Below, in pieces: positions 1 to 13,900 of a DNA stretch of 64,000 nt; the stretch's first letter is position 1, and every line of letters begins with the position of its first letter. The stretch comes from Schizosaccharomyces osmophilus. Its lineage: Eukaryota. The position numbers were made by a program, and so were the translations under genes. A model generated the notes under the pieces. That model was not told where the DNA came from. It saw nothing but the letters and a program-made list of their open reading frames with translations, and ran no database searches. The stretch spans positions 124,001 to 188,000 of the forward strand of contig NC_079238.1 in the NCBI RefSeq assembly GCF_027921745.1. The letters run 5' to 3'.

Positions 1-42
1 GGCAAGAGTAGAGTTGTTGGAAGTGTTGTTCATAGCGTCCAT
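1..42 (-). CDS. 5' end of a small gene running off the window (MDAMNNTSNNSTLA...), possibly an M-factor pheromone precursor
   Basis: ATG at 42 on minus; N-terminus resembles S. pombe Mfm precursors (MDSMANSVSSS...). Upstream are CTTTGTT (222-228) and ACAATG/CATTGT elements (~259, ~308, ~351). Confidence 0.4.
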   Translation of the reverse strand, partial: MDAMNNTSNNSTLA

Positions 43-2194
43 TGTTGTTGTTTGTTGAAAGGTAGGAGAGCAAAAAAAAAAAAGGTGTCAAAAAGTCAAA
101 AAGAGAAAAGAGTAGTGATCAAAGAGATGAAAACCAAGCTTTGGATGATGATTTCTTGTTCCATTTCAGCCTGTATTTATACCTGAAATCAAGACTTCCG
201 AACGAACCGACCATGTCCTCCCTTTGTTCAAGGTCCCATTATTCGCTACGAAATTTTCCATTGTCCCAAAATTGGCTATCGCTTTGGTCCAAGATGAAGA
301 GTCACGAACAATGTGGAGATGGCAAGAAGAATCAAAACTTCATCAAAGATACAATGCTTTTTTAGATCCGTCGCGGAGGGGTTTGTTTACGACTTGTAAT
401 CGCCATACGACTCGGACAATAGATGTTCAAAACAAAATGAATAGCTTCAAGCACATCAAAGAAATAATCTACATACGATGCATGGTGTTGGGTTCTGATA
501 AACAGTTGTTCAGCTCTTCTTTCGTGATCCATTTATGATCGATATTTTGATGCGAGAATTGATGGCAAGAAACACCTTTCTGCTGATTTCTTGGTAAATT
601 AACCAAGCAACACTTTACATCTCTTATGGAAATGAACAAATACCAGCGATATTATACCATTCGTCAAAACTTGTTCTATTACGACAAAGCCTCAAGGATT
701 TACAACTGTAGTTTCTCAGATTATTAGTGGCAAGTTACTGATCAACGGATTATCAGTAAAATACCTCAGGACATTGATATGAATTACCTTGGTAATAAAG
801 CAAAGCATTTCCCGAATTCTATAATTGCACTTGATAGTCAGTGGCATTTGGGCTGACTCAAAAGTAAATAACGAAGCAGTATTCAACTAACTAATATAGC
901 GCTTTTTAAGACAAGGTATATTGGCTCATTATGATACTTGCAATAAATGGATAACTTTGTAACCCCAAAAGAAGCAAATACCTTTTTGTTTTCGGATCTT
1001 TTGCAACTTCAGCCAAGTTTGTCTATCAAAAGAACAAACCTTTACTAGATTTTGTTTTAAGAAACATTTTTTTATTTTCTAAAATTATTTATTTCAAATC
1101 GAAGAATAATGTTTCAATTCAGTTGCTAATCCATCCGTCCATCTTGCTTTACCATAGGTCGTCTTGACAAAATCTTTGGCTACCAAAAGCACCTTCAATA
1201 TGAAGATTTTCGCATAAACTGTAGTCTTATACAAAAGTGAATAGTATGCCTTATTACGGGTAAAAAAGGTCGTAAGGAATGACAGTTGCAATAATTTTGA
1301 AGCATTATTTTCATGAAAGGAGCCGTTTTTCGTAAGTAACAAAAACAAGTCAATTTTAAAGTAAATAATACCTTGATTTCTTGCTATATACCTATTTTTA
1401 ACTTACCCATGCAATATTACTGATGTATTATGGATTACTGTCGATTTAGATACACAAAATACCACACTGGGCACAATATAGCTTAACCTTGAATCACTTT
1501 TTTCTCGTTATATGTACTTTTCGTTTGAAGCATGTTTCACATTACCTTGAGTAAATGCCTCCATTCAATTGCCCTCTACTATTTAATTCCTATTGCTGCA
1601 TGTTCAAGTAAAGCAGAGAATCATAATGCGAAGAAATAAATGTGATAGGTGCAGGCAGATGATTATGTTGTAGGAGGTTAGTGGTATTTATTATTTGTGT
1701 ACGGGTATTTATAGATGACAACAGAGCGATGTTTTTTATGTTTTAGCAATAAATTATTGCAAGATTTTATTTATTTCTACATTTACCAACAATGTTGTTT
1801 CTGTTGTCTTACTTTATGTATTTATTTTTAATCTTTATATTTCATTGCTTTGTCTAAACAGGAACTCAAATAAATGACTGGCGTAGCTTATTTGCATTTT
1901 GTTACGCTTGTGTTATATGGACCTTTTGTATGAAGCCCTTTAGTCTAGTCTTTCAATGAATGATTTGTATGCTCAGGTAAACGATATTAACTTCTTCTGT
2001 CTTTGTTTACCAAAGCAAATCATTAGGCAACTCTATGTATAGTACGTTAGCGAACAATTTGACTAAGCATTGCTATAACTGTACCTAACGGTATTAATCA
2101 AATCCCCCTAACGATGATTTACTTACCATTGTACAGTAGACAAAGATTTAGAAAGTACCCATCGTGGTAATCACCTAAATAGAGTTGAATTATG

Positions 2195-2512
2195 CGAGAA
2201 CGTTCGTTACTTTTCATCATACAAAAGAGGAATAGATGATATATCTAGGAGGTATCAATCATGACGAGGGAAGCTAAGCTGTAGTAGTAAACAAAAGGAT
2301 TCAAGGAAAAAAGAAGCAAACAAAAGCAAAGAAAATTCCTTTTTCTTATTCAGATTGAAAAAGAAAGAACGAACTATGACAAGAGAGATGAATGAATTGC
2401 ACGGAAATTCGTGGAATCCCGGTGGTGGCCAAGTGGCCAGGCCAGCAGCATCTAGAAAGTACTAGGACTCGAAAGAAATGATCGACTCATCGTTGTGTTC
2501 AGGTATAAATAG
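2195..2512 (+). promoter_or_regulatory. hsp16 promoter: HSE-like nGAAn units and TATA box
   Basis: GAAcgTTC at 2198-2205, imperfect GAA/TTC arrays at ~2403-2467, TATAAATA at ~2504. Confidence 0.5.
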
Positions 2513-2607
2513 GAGTGAAGTAGGGTTGATTTGACAACATTGACAAAAAAAGAACAAGAGTTAATTTTATAGTTTATTTTCAAGTGTGAAAACAAGCGCT
2601 ATTCACA

Positions 2608-3039
2608 ATGTCTCTTCAACCTTTCTTCGATTTATACCCATTTCAAGACGGTCTTTCTGACTTTTTGAGTTATTCTCCTCGTGTCCAACGCCAGAATCGT
2701 GTTGGCGATTTGTCACCTGCCATTGATGTTCACGAAGGCAAAGACACGGTTGCTGTTGATGTAGAACTTCCTGGTGTCAAAAAGCAGGACGTTCAAGTTC
2801 ATTATGACGAAGGAAAGCTTACCATTTCTGGTGAATCTGTGAATGAGCGCAAGAGTGAAAGCGACAAGGGAAACCAAAGATGGTCGGAACGTCGCTTTGG
2901 TTCCTTCTCCCGAACAATCACCATTCCAAACAAGGTAGATGCCGATCGTATTGAAGCTCAATTCAACCACGGTATTTTAAGCGTTGTCTTGCCCAAGATT
3001 GAGGAATCTCGCTCCAAAAAGCAAATTACTATAAATTGA
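2608..3039 (+). CDS. hsp16: Small heat shock protein (Hsp20/alpha-crystallin family)
   Basis: 143-aa ORF with P-x-DVHE..VELPG and ERRFGSFSR..GILSVVLPK motifs. Confidence 0.95.
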   Translation: MSLQPFFDLYPFQDGLSDFLSYSPRVQRQNRVGDLSPAIDVHEGKDTVAVDVELPGVKKQDVQVHYDEGKLTISGESVNERKSESDKGNQRWSERRFGSFSRTITIPNKVDADRIEAQFNHGILSVVLPKIEESRSKKQITIN

Positions 3040-3763
3040 ATTTAAATCTGGATGAATTCTAAATGTGAGAAGTAATCGAAAATCTTAATACGAGAAATCC
3101 CTAATGGATGAGTTTACGATAACATATTTTTATTAAACCGAGGAACTGCAAGGCTTAAGAATGAAATAATCAGAAAGTAAACAAAGCAAGAAAGACGGTA
3201 CTAAAATGATAAAAGATTCCGATTAGAATAAAATTTTCTTAATGACAAATATTTTATTCTCAATAAAGTATGAATTTTGCCTTATGTATTTTCGTTATTC
3301 TAAGGGCTAGGAAGACAATTGTGGAATAGGTATCATGTCATTTCACGACCAGTTCATTACGGTAACATCTTGTGCTAGTCTACTCCTTCCTCGTAGTTTG
3401 TTTGTATATTAATAAAATCTCATTCTAGAAAAATCAACACATTCTGTTCTAAACATGTCAAATTCACCACGTATAATCATTTCATGATGGAAATAAATAA
3501 TTAAGGAATAACATGTAAAAAGGAAAAAAAGAGAATGAACTCAAAGACAAAAGATGTATGCAAATAAACATAAAGAAAACCAAAAAAATTCGTAAGCTTA
3601 TAAAGAACGAGGAGTATCCGAAATTAAACAGTCTTACAACATAGCTTTTCCTGTTTTTTTTTTTTTTTTGTTTTTGTTTTTTGTTTTATTTTTTCAGGTT
3701 CATCAAAAAAACAAGCAACTTATAAAACATCTGATCTCAACGATAGACCACTGTTCATAAATC

Positions 3764-5257
3764 TTAAAAATCAGGATTGTCGCGTAACGATTTCGGGTCA
3801 ATTCCTTCAAGTACACAACATTCCAAAAATCGGTCGTTTTCTGTCTCAACACAGGATTGTCCAACATTTGGAAGAAAAAAGGAAAGAAAAGCAATAAAGA
3901 AATAAATCCCACTAGCAACATAAAAATACTTCTGCAATTGATCACCTCCAAACACATAAATGCCTGCTATAGCTCCACATCTTGCAGCTGTCACTGCAAT
4001 CCCACAGTAGAGACCTCTGATAGGAGTAGGCGAAGTCTTTGCTGATAGAAGCCTAATGTTACTTAAAACACCAAATTCACTTAAACTTAGAAAGACTCCA
4101 TAAAGGACGCAAAAGCCTGCTATTTTTCGAATCAGTTGCGGATAGAATCCAGACATGAAAAACCCAACAGTCCCTTGCAATACCATGCCTACAATAAGGC
4201 AGTACTTTGGCCCAATCACATCACTGAAGTATGCACCAAGCAATGACCCAGGTACGCTGAATGCTTGAATCAGTACTGTCCATCCAAATGTTCTTGCTAT
4301 GGAAGCATCACTGGGCAATAAGCTCTTAATAATCGAGCTTGAGTAAAGAGAAAATGCACACACAATCAAATCATTTGCAAACCAGATGATCGAAGTCAAA
4401 CATAGTCGTGGTCCATACATTTTGGCAACGGAAAGCCATGGGACTTTTCTAATCGATACTCGATGAATGGTATAGGCTTTAACTTCTTTCATGCGAAGTC
4501 GAAGAATCAAAAAAACAATCGGGAGAATAACACCAAAACCGATCGAAAGTCTCCAAACGATCCTTAAATGCTCTTGACCGAATATACATGCCAAAATATA
4601 AGGTACCAAAGCTCCCAAGACATGTCCAACAACAGTAGCAGTGTCCGTTACAATGACAAAGATGGCATGGCGGATACCAGAACGAATTTCAGCAGAACTT
4701 TCCGAAGCCGAGATGGAACCACAAACAAATTCAGCACCAACCCCGATTCCCAAGAAAAAGCGATATGCGATCATCGCTTGCATCATGCCGTTAATACTTC
4801 CGTGATAACCATACGCTCCTGCACAAAGAGCAGTAGCAATAATTAATATAACAGTGGATGTAATCATGCCAGCTTTACGTCCAAGTACATCGGAGAAGAC
4901 TCCAAAGAATAGTTGACCGACAATCGTGCCGATGTATGAACCTGTGCTAATATGCTTGATGTTGTGATGCTCTTTGCTTTCCTTTGGGTACAACTTTTTA
5001 AGAATAGTAATCACCATACCGATACTGCTGAGACAGTATCCATCTGATAAGAGAGAGCTACCACAAACCGCTACTTCCAAGTATTGTTTCCACGTTTTAT
5101 AGGGCTTTACTTCGGGCGGTTGGTTGTCTGCTTCTTTTGTAACGTCGATGAAATCCACCGATGAATCAAAGGACTTTTTAGACTTTGCATTTGGTGGAAC
5201 TTGTATACCAATAAAAGTATCTTCATTCGAGGTTTCCGACTTTTTTGTCTCCGACAT
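3764..5257 (-). CDS. MFS glycerophosphodiester/phosphate transporter (Git1/Tgp1-like)
   Basis: 497 aa; [27 protein letters not shown] and [11 protein letters not shown] motifs. Confidence 0.85.
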   Translation of the reverse strand: MSETKKSETSNEDTFIGIQVPPNAKSKKSFDSSVDFIDVTKEADNQPPEVKPYKTWKQYLEVAVCGSSLLSDGYCLSSIGMVITILKKLYPKESKEHHNIKHISTGSYIGTIVGQLFFGVFSDVLGRKAGMITSTVILIIATALCAGAYGYHGSINGMMQAMIAYRFFLGIGVGAEFVCGSISASESSAEIRSGIRHAIFVIVTDTATVVGHVLGALVPYILACIFGQEHLRIVWRLSIGFGVILPIVFLILRLRMKEVKAYTIHRVSIRKVPWLSVAKMYGPRLCLTSIIWFANDLIVCAFSLYSSSIIKSLLPSDASIARTFGWTVLIQAFSVPGSLLGAYFSDVIGPKYCLIVGMVLQGTVGFFMSGFYPQLIRKIAGFCVLYGVFLSLSEFGVLSNIRLLSAKTSPTPIRGLYCGIAVTAARCGAIAGIYVFGGDQLQKYFYVASGIYFFIAFLSFFLPNVGQSCVETENDRFLECCVLEGIDPKSLRDNPDF

Positions 5258-6435
5258 TTGTATATCAGATCACACTAGACAAGCATAGACACTAATGAAA
5301 GGGTTGCTGTTATATGAGTGAATTTTAGTAAGTTATCAGATGGCATGAACGAAACCTCTCTCCTATATAGTGCAACTCTGAGTCCGCTCTGTGTTAACCC
5401 TAGGGCGGAAACTACTGTCACGAGATATAGTTAAAATTTTACCTGGGACATCCGAAGTGAGCAGAAATTTCATCTGCCAATAAAATACCGTAAGCGTTCT
5501 TATATGAAAGTCTTTCATCAGATATCTCATCTGGGTACGTAAACAGACGAAAAATTCTGAAGAGTACGAACGTATGTAGATTATTAAGCTTATTCAGCTT
5601 TATAAGCCAAGGAAAACAACATTTTTGAAATAAAAAAAAAAAAAAAAAAGGATAAAAGACGAAAAACTATGAGAAACAAGATGAAGAGAGTTGGAAGTAG
5701 TGAATAAACACGTGAGATTCTTTAAACCGTCTGTGTTAGTAACTTAGCCAGTATCATATATAAGCTTTGAGTCTGGAATGTATTGAAGAGTTGTATCATT
5801 TTCGTGTTTATGATTTAAAAAAGCGACTATTCATCCAGGATATAGAGGGTAATATCGCCTTTGGAAGCATAAACTGATACCTCTAAAACCCATTCACTTC
5901 TCAAAATCAGCGCAGAATTCTTTTTTCTATATAAATGGGTAAACTATTTAGGAAGGTATAGTCATATCAAGATTGTTTCTGTGTTGCCTAGTAATGAAAA
6001 GATAAGAAGATCACTGCCATTTTTATAATTTGGAGCCTGAAAAAACAAACAAAAAAACCCACAAAATTATAATAAAAGACCTTACAGAATAAAAAAGGAC
6101 CCTAGTTTCATTTGTTAATGGTTCATTCATGTTAGCTAAGCGTGCATTCAGGAAATCTTGTTTCATTATCGACATATTCTTGGTCAAATTATATTTTCGT
6201 CTTTTATCTTTTATCTATTTTTTTTTATAAATATTTGCACCGTTCCTTCGATGTTTCCAGAAACATGAATTGTAATTTTCGTGCTAAAGGAAAAAAAATG
6301 TAAGCGATCTGATAAAATTTAGAAACCGGAGACCTCAATTAAGATTATGTCAAAGGTATTCGAGGAAAGTGTGGAAAGTCTAAAATTTTATCAGATTGAT
6401 TAAACAATGGTTTACCCTTCCGTGATAATTCTCAA

Positions 6436-6977
6436 AAAAGAAACCCCAGGTTATGGTGGAATTAGGCGGATACCTTGGCTATTCTGCGATTTTGTTTGGT
6501 AAAGAACTTTTACAGAACCCTGCCGCCCATTTCTATAGCCTGGAAGTCAATTCTACCTTTGCTGGAATGGCTTCCAAGTTGATTGATTTGACAGGACTTT
6601 CTCACAAAGTGACGATCCTTGCCAGCTCTGCATCAGAATCGTTAATTACATTACAGAAAACGTTGCAAAAAGAAATTCCAGGATTACACGCATTTGATTT
6701 TGTTTTCATCGACCACTGGAAAGATTTGTACGTTCCCGACCTGCGAGTGATGGAATCTTTGAATCTAATCGCTCCAGGAACTGTCTTGGTGAGCGACAAC
6801 ATCTACAATCTAGGTGCTCCAAAATATGTCGAATACATTCAAGGTGCTCCCGACTCCAAGCGTGAGCACAACGCCAAGGTTCGCAATGTTAATGGGCACG
6901 ACTTTGTTGGAAGATGGGATATTGTGTACGACTCGAAAACCGTGCCCAATGTGTTTATTTTTGTATGGGGTGGATGA
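6436..6977 (+). pseudogene. Catechol O-methyltransferase homolog, 5'-truncated
   Basis: VELGGYLGYSA SAM-binding motif, FDFVFIDHWKDLY and VSDNI are present, but the N-terminal region before motif I is missing and the C-terminus looks aberrant. Confidence 0.7.
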
Positions 6978-9019
6978 TTTGAGAAAAACACGTCGTAATG
7001 AATTAAGCTAAAAATGATCCTATGATCCTTCGTATACGGCTTACAGTAATAAAACCTGTATGCTCTCTTCTAGGTATTCGTATTTGGAAGAAAATGTTTT
7101 ACTTTACAAACCTAGAAGACATGCGAGATGTTGTGTATGAAATGTGGGAAAAGCCATTCCCCGTGGGGCCTTTTCAAGGAAAAATTTGAACAAAACAATC
7201 AAAAAATAAATGTAAGATTCAGCTTCTTTTACCAATTTTCCAATGACATTGGCGTACATTCAAATCTGATGCTTTACTTGCTATTGATATATGTCTGTTG
7301 TAACTATGCTTTATAGGGCTTTGTCGCAAATTGAGGATTTATTGTGGTATCTGGATTAGTTTGGAGCGAAAAAATGTTTAGTAAAGATGTTTATATAAGA
7401 AAAAAAAAAGATCATAATAGAAATAATGTAGCAGATGAAATGGGACATGTAGAGTCTTTTTTCACAATACCAAAAATAGACGTGGAGTTAATTTTCCCTT
7501 ATGACAAACAAGCTATAAACAATTTAAAAGAGTAGGAAAAAAATTAACGAACATTAATATAAGCACTACAAAATATTAAAGACTTTTGAAAGATTACTCT
7601 TTCTTGTTTTCCATATTGCTATTTGTATTTCAGTCTAAATAATTGGTTGCCGTCCATAACCAAGTCCCTTTCTTTTCGCAGTTCCCTTTGGTTATTCGTG
7701 AACAGTTTTATTTCATACTTCAGATATCCTTTTCAACTAAATTTAAAGTATTATAAAGGAAATTAGTCAATTGCTTCTTATTTCAATGCAGTAATGTTTC
7801 AGATATTTGATGGGGCCTCCAATGTGCCTAGTGTAATTTTTATGCTAAAAGAATGTCCAAAATTCTTCAAGTACGAGGTCTGAGTTTTTTCTGAATATCA
7901 TCTGAAGTTGCACATGTTTTACTAAATGGAGTATGTTAACGCCCTGTATTTTCCTTTTTCTTATCCTTGATATTAAATAAGGCTACATCAAGTTAATGCT
8001 TACTTTATAACTGAACGATCTTGCGTCTGTAGTACTACTATGACTTTGTTAAGTATTCCACTTGCTGTGCTCATCGGTACCTGGTGAATGAAAAGACATA
8101 TCTCACAACGTGCAATTGTCCAATGGCTTTTATACTGAAAAGGTAATTCAATAAAATCAATATGTACTACTTACATGATTTTTTTCAATGATCTTTTATG
8201 GTTTTCCATTAAATATTTTCTTAAACTAAAGACTAGCACAATGCTGTTGGTCAAACAATCGCTCATATGTCAAAAAAAAGCTTGTTTTGACATTTGAAAC
8301 TTGAATGACGCTTAATAAAATCGTTCAAAATATTGAAAGGGAACTACGTCTTTTCGATAATGATAATGTGAACAATAAACAAATGAGACAAATACTATGG
8401 AAAAATTCGAAGATTGAGTACACGGAAATAATAAATAAAAAATTTTAAAGTAACACGAGAAGCTTAAGCTGACTTTTTGTAACTACCGCTAATATCTGAA
8501 GAAATCCAAGTCGTTAAAATTCAGCTGCCTTATCTTTTTTTGAAAATAGAAGTGGATAATAGATACAATAACCAAGGTGTGTCAATTCACCATTACACTC
8601 ACACCTTCAATGAGTAGCATACCAGTTCCCAGTTCCTAGTCAGATCAGATTGAATCTGATCTGATAATCAATTTCTGGCAAAACAATCTTAGTTTTTTTT
8701 TTTTTTTTTTTTGCTTTGCTTCGTTGTTAGGAACAGCCTGATGTAAACTTGGAAGTTGATGAATGTGAAAGCGTGGCTCACTGTTAGTTTTCTTTGCTAT
8801 ACAAGGTCGGATTTTCGGGTTCTCCATCGATTGTCACCCTCTTCTCAATGATTTTGTTTCAATTCTACCCTGTTTTAAATTAATACAAGCTGCGTGCTCT
8901 TTTAGTGAGTCATTTTTTATATCCTTGGTTGGGTATTTCTGCTGCCTATCCTCAGGGCAATACTGAAGGAAGGGTTTCAAATAAAGTACCGATGGAGACA
9001 AGTCCCGTTAACAAGTGAG

Positions 9020-9740
9020 CAAAAATTGTAGATTATGGTGATGTACCCTTAGCAAACTGTGGCAATGTTGTATCTTTTTAATGGTTGAAAATGGTCATGT
9101 GTTGATACATAAACCAACTTTTTATTCTAAGAAAGACAATTATGCTTAAGATCGAAGGGTATTGCCAAGGCTGGCTACCCTTGGCGTTGGTCATACAGCT
9201 GTGCTTCCAATTCTACGGGCTTCTAGTGGATCTGACCCAATATCTATCATTCATTTTCATAGTCATTTGGACAACTGGAAACCCAAAGTGTTTGGAGGCG
9301 GTAAATTCAGTGTCGATAGTATTCACGGTAATTAAATTTTAGCATGCTAGTCAATAATGGCTAACCTCTAATAATTAAAACATTCATGGCAGAATTCAAA
9401 TAACCCTTTTTGGTTTGTCAGTGATGATGATGCCGATTGCGGATTTAAATCATCGAAGCTCGCAAAATCGACACAGCTGAAAAAATGCTATTATTAAAGT
9501 AAAATTTGTAATCGACTAGACGATGACATCGCAAACTTGTCTATTGAGATTGACGTCCCCGACTCCGCCTTTGCTCCTGCCACGACGGGGACGTCTGAAA
9601 GCGCAGGTTGGACCGCTAGGGAACGGCGTACAATTTTCCGTGGCTTGGATAGAATAAAACTAGTAGGTATAAATATCATTGTAGTAGCACCTTATAATTT
9701 TGCTGAAGTTAGTACATTAGCTGCCGCTATACCTTGTTAA
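9020..9740 (+). pseudogene. Agmatinase (ureohydrolase) pseudogene
   Basis: Broken-frame pieces KIVDYGDVP, VLPRLATLGVGHTAVLPILR, SIIHFHSHLDNWKPKVFGGG and LSIEIDVPDSAFAPATT..ESAGWT..AEVSTLAAA are colinear with agmatinase. Metal ligands are mutated and there are stops and frameshifts. Confidence 0.85.
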
Positions 9741-10035
9741 TGACACCAGTGGGCAATCAGCAGAGTCTATTTTACTAGTTGTATGTATATTCTTTTTTCG
9801 GAGATGTAAAACTTAGCTACGATAACAAATAAAGGAACAATTCCTTCTTCACGTAATAAAGAATCTGCTTGTAAACTTCACAGCGTTCAATAACTAAAGG
9901 ATAAAATTTGCTTTCCATTCTTGGGTTAAAAAAAGAAAAGTAAATGTATGATTTTAAAAAAAACAGTTTTTGATATCTGATTTTTTCCTTTACTACAATA
10001 AGGAAATTCATGCACAACATAAATACGCTTACCAT

Positions 10036-10432
10036 TGTCACGGGCGAAGTCTCACTTGTTATGAGAACAAGTATTCAGTGGAAATGATGTATGTAGTAAT
10101 AATTCACTAAGTTGTATGTTTGACTTTTAAGTTGGATGCTTTGGTACTACTTGGATTAAATAGCAATAGCTCCCAGGGATCTGATTCACTAACAAAGTGT
10201 TATGAACAATTTATTTAGCTAGATCAGTCAAATCTTCCAATCTGAAGATTTGAGCTCTCAGCATAGGTATATATATCTTTCTAGGATTAGTCAGCTTCTT
10301 AATAACCTTAGTTCTAGATTTCTAAAATTTTCAATCGCAAAAATGAACATTTACTTTTTGTAATAACGCATTCGATAATACAATGTGTTTACTGTATCAA
10401 GATATTAGTAATATCGTATACCAGTTATGACA
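10036..10432 (-). repeat. 3' LTR (397 bp)
   Basis: TGTCA..TGACA ends; R-U5 similar to 14724..14936; PPT directly adjacent. Confidence 0.92.
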
Positions 10433-10446
10433 CCTCCTCCCTTCTT
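10433..10446 (-). other. Polypurine tract
   Basis: AAGAAGGGAGGAGG on minus, immediately before the 3' LTR. Confidence 0.85.
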
Positions 10447-10539
10447 AAGACGCTTTCACTTACTTGAATTGAAAGGTCTTGTTTTCCTTGCGGTTCTATC
10501 GAGATGAAGCGCTGTGGTTAAGTTCAACGAGTTTTGCAT

Positions 10540-10990
10540 CTGCTTTCTGTTGAACAATGTGAGTGGGGATCCAAGTGACTGAACGAAGGTAGTCGTTTGA
10601 CAGTTTCGTATGGTATAAACAGTAATAAAGCGAAGGCTTTTAATTGTTGTCGACGTCTAATATACGGTCGATAGTTATGTTTGCTAGAAAGTTGTTTGCA
10701 TGTGAGTCTGCGTTGTATGGTTCGAGTTCAGACACATGAAATGATGCAGGATATCGTCTTCGTATTTCACAAGGAAAATTTAAAGTATAGTTGTGTTCTG
10801 CAACTTTCTTTTTAATTTCGAATGGTCCGACAAACGTTGGTTCCAGTTTGTTGTTTTGATGAAAGAATCCCACTTTACCATTCTTAATGAGTACTTGGTC
10901 ACCGGATTTGAATATCGGCGGTATCTCTGTCTTGCGATTGTAGTTTCATTCACTTTTCGTATGTGATTTCTGATGTCGTGAACAGGTTCT
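10540..10990 (-). pseudogene. Frameshifted integrase C-terminus (GPF motif, probable chromodomain remnant)
   Basis: KLEPTFVGPFEI..SFHVSELEPY, then IDRILD..TWIP interrupted by a stop codon. Confidence 0.75.
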
Positions 10991-10992
10991 GT

Positions 10993-13900
10993 CTATGAGG
11001 ATAAAAATAATGTACCGAGATCGTTTTTTAATTGCATATCCGATTTTGTTAGTATAGGTTGTATACCACATGCAGCCTTTATTGGGCTTACTTTGGTAGC
11101 GCTATGTTCAGCAGAGTTGTAACATAACTGTGCTTTCTTCAAATATGTAGCCCAATTTTCCAAGTTGTCATGCATATAGCAACGTAAATATTTTTCGACT
11201 ATTTGGTTAACACGTTCAGTTTGTCCATTCGTTTGTGGATGAGATCCAGAAGATAATCTGAGTGTTACATTATGATCTTTGAGGTATTGTTTCCATTTAT
11301 CAGAAATGAATATAGGTCCTCGATCGGAAACTATGTCTCTTGGTTTGCCGTATACAGCTACGATGTGAGATTCGAACATTGCGATCAGTTGTTCTGCGGT
11401 CGTGGTTGTATTACAAGGAAGAAACCAAGCCATTTTGGTGAAACGATCAACAATTGTTAAGATGGCATCTTTACCTTGAGATACTGGTAATCCAACGATA
11501 AAATCCATAGAATAATGTTGAAACGGTTTTTCTGCAATGGGCAGTGGTTGTAATTGACCATAGCGTTGATGATTTCGAGTTTTACTGTGCTGGCATATAT
11601 CACAATTTTTAACATACTTTTGGATATCGCTTGTCATTCCTTGCCAATAAAACTTTTCGCGAATGCGATTTGTTGTGGACAGCTTTCCTCGATGTCCTCC
11701 TGAAATAGGATGGTCATGGAATTGATAACATATCAACTGAACTAGTTGTGGAACTGTTGGGATGATAATTTGTCTTTTATCATTAATGATGAGGCCGTTT
11801 ATAATTGTATATTGCGGATTGTCGTTGTCTCCATTTAGGATTCTTTGAAAATTTTTATGATTGGAGTATTCTTTGCGAACGTAATCGAAAACATTTGTTA
11901 GATAATTTGCTTCACTTAGTTGATTGATGGCAGTGATTTTATAATCTGGGCGACGTGAGATTGCGTCTGCTGGTTCATTCTTTCGGCCAGGTCGATATTG
12001 AATTTCGAAATTGTATAGTTCCAATTCTGTTGCCCATCTATTGATTTTGGAACGAGTATCTGTGCGAATTTTTGTAAACATAGATGTTAGATTCTTGTGA
12101 TCCGTTAATATTTGAAATGGTGTTTCTGTGTGAGCTAAGAAATGATACCATTTTCGGAGAGCAGCAATAATTGCATAGGCTTCTTTTTCCCATGTTGGCC
12201 AAATGCATTGACGATCTGTGAATGTTTCTGAATAGAAGGCTATTGGATGATAAACGTTGTCTTCTTGTTTCTGCGATAGAATGGCTCCTATGGCAAAGTC
12301 GGAAGCGTCAGTTTCTAATCGAGTTTCTTTTGTTGGATCATAGTGTTTTAACATAGAAACGTTTTCTAGTTCTTTCTTGATGTTGACAAAGGCTTCTTTA
12401 TGACGATCGGTCCATTTGTATTTGACATTCTTTTTTGTTAAATCATATAACGGTCGTGCCAATTTTGAAAGATTCGGCATAAATCGTCTAGAATAATTAA
12501 CAAAACCTAAGAAAGATTGTAGGCGTCGCAACGTATTGGGTTCAGGCCAATTTGTAACAGCTTGAATTTTTTCTGGGTCAATCTCAAGTCCTTGGTCGGA
12601 GAAGATATGACCTAAAAATTTGACTTTCTTTTGGAAAAAGGTACATTTCTCTCGATTTGCATATAAATGTGCGTCTTGTAGCTTCTGAAATACTTTTTGT
12701 AAATGTTCCTCGTGTTCTTTTTCTGAAGAGGAAAATATCAGAATATCGTCCAAATAAACGATAATGAAAACTCCAAGGTATGGAAAAAGTGCTTGGTTAA
12801 TATATCTTTGAAAATTTGCTGGCGCATTGGTTAATCCAAAGGGCATTACTTTGTATTCAAATGCTCCAAAGGGTGTCTTGAAGGCTGTCTTTTGTTCATC
12901 GCCTTTTCGAATTCTAAGTAAATGATATGCTTCTTTCAGACCAATTCTACTGAAGACTTTGGCTCCGCTTAGCCAATTTATAATTTCTTCGAAATTAGGT
13001 AATGGATAATTATCCCTCTTTGTAATGGCGTTAAGTGGTTTGTAATTTATAACCATAAGATATTTATCTGTTCCCTTTTTTGGTACAACTATAGGAGCAC
13101 ACATAAATTTTGATGAGCTCTTGCGGATTCGGCCTTGACTTAATAATTCGCGCACCTTTTCGTATATTGTTGCGTATTCCTTTTGTGTATAAGGCCTTAG
13201 TTTTGGTGTATGATCTGGCAATTCGTTTGTAAGTTCGATCTTTAAATCACTATTTGAGTGTTCGGGTAACGGATTATTTGTAGGATCTGTGAATACTTTG
13301 TCGAACGGCACTAATATTTCATGAAGTTTATCTTTGTTTTCGTCGGGGTTATTATTCTGGTCCTTGAGTTTGTCACAGTCAAATAAGCTTTTCCAGCTTC
13401 CTAATATCCTTTTTATAAGCGTCCATCCGATAAGAACTGGATTCTGTGCCTTTGTTGTAATTATAAACTTTTCGTAATACGTTCGATCGTTGTGTTTTAC
13501 TGGTAATGTTAAACTTCCTTTAACTTCGAGTTTGTCTTCCGTTATACTCTCGAATATTCGATATTCTTTATTGAATTTAATTGCAAACTGTTTGGCTAAA
13601 TCCTCTCTCATTACTGACACATTTGCGCCTGTGTCTATGAACGCATTGACCTTGCGGTTTTTGATTTCCACATCAGAATATTGAGAAAATTCATCATCTT
13701 GATACTTGGTTCTTCGCTCTCTCGAATATAATTTATTTATATGGATGGTTGTATTTCTCTTAGAGTCCATATTAGGTTCTAGTATTTCATTTAACTTTGG
13801 TTTCGCTTCATTTTTGGAGTCGTCAAAATGTTTGGTTTGTTCGCGCTTATTAGGTTTCCAAGTTTTCAGTTTCGGTGTTGAAAACTGTTGGCGTGTATAT

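Noticed and set aside
1094..1420. 84-aa minus ORF with possible splice signals
   Set aside because: No convincing exon model or homology.
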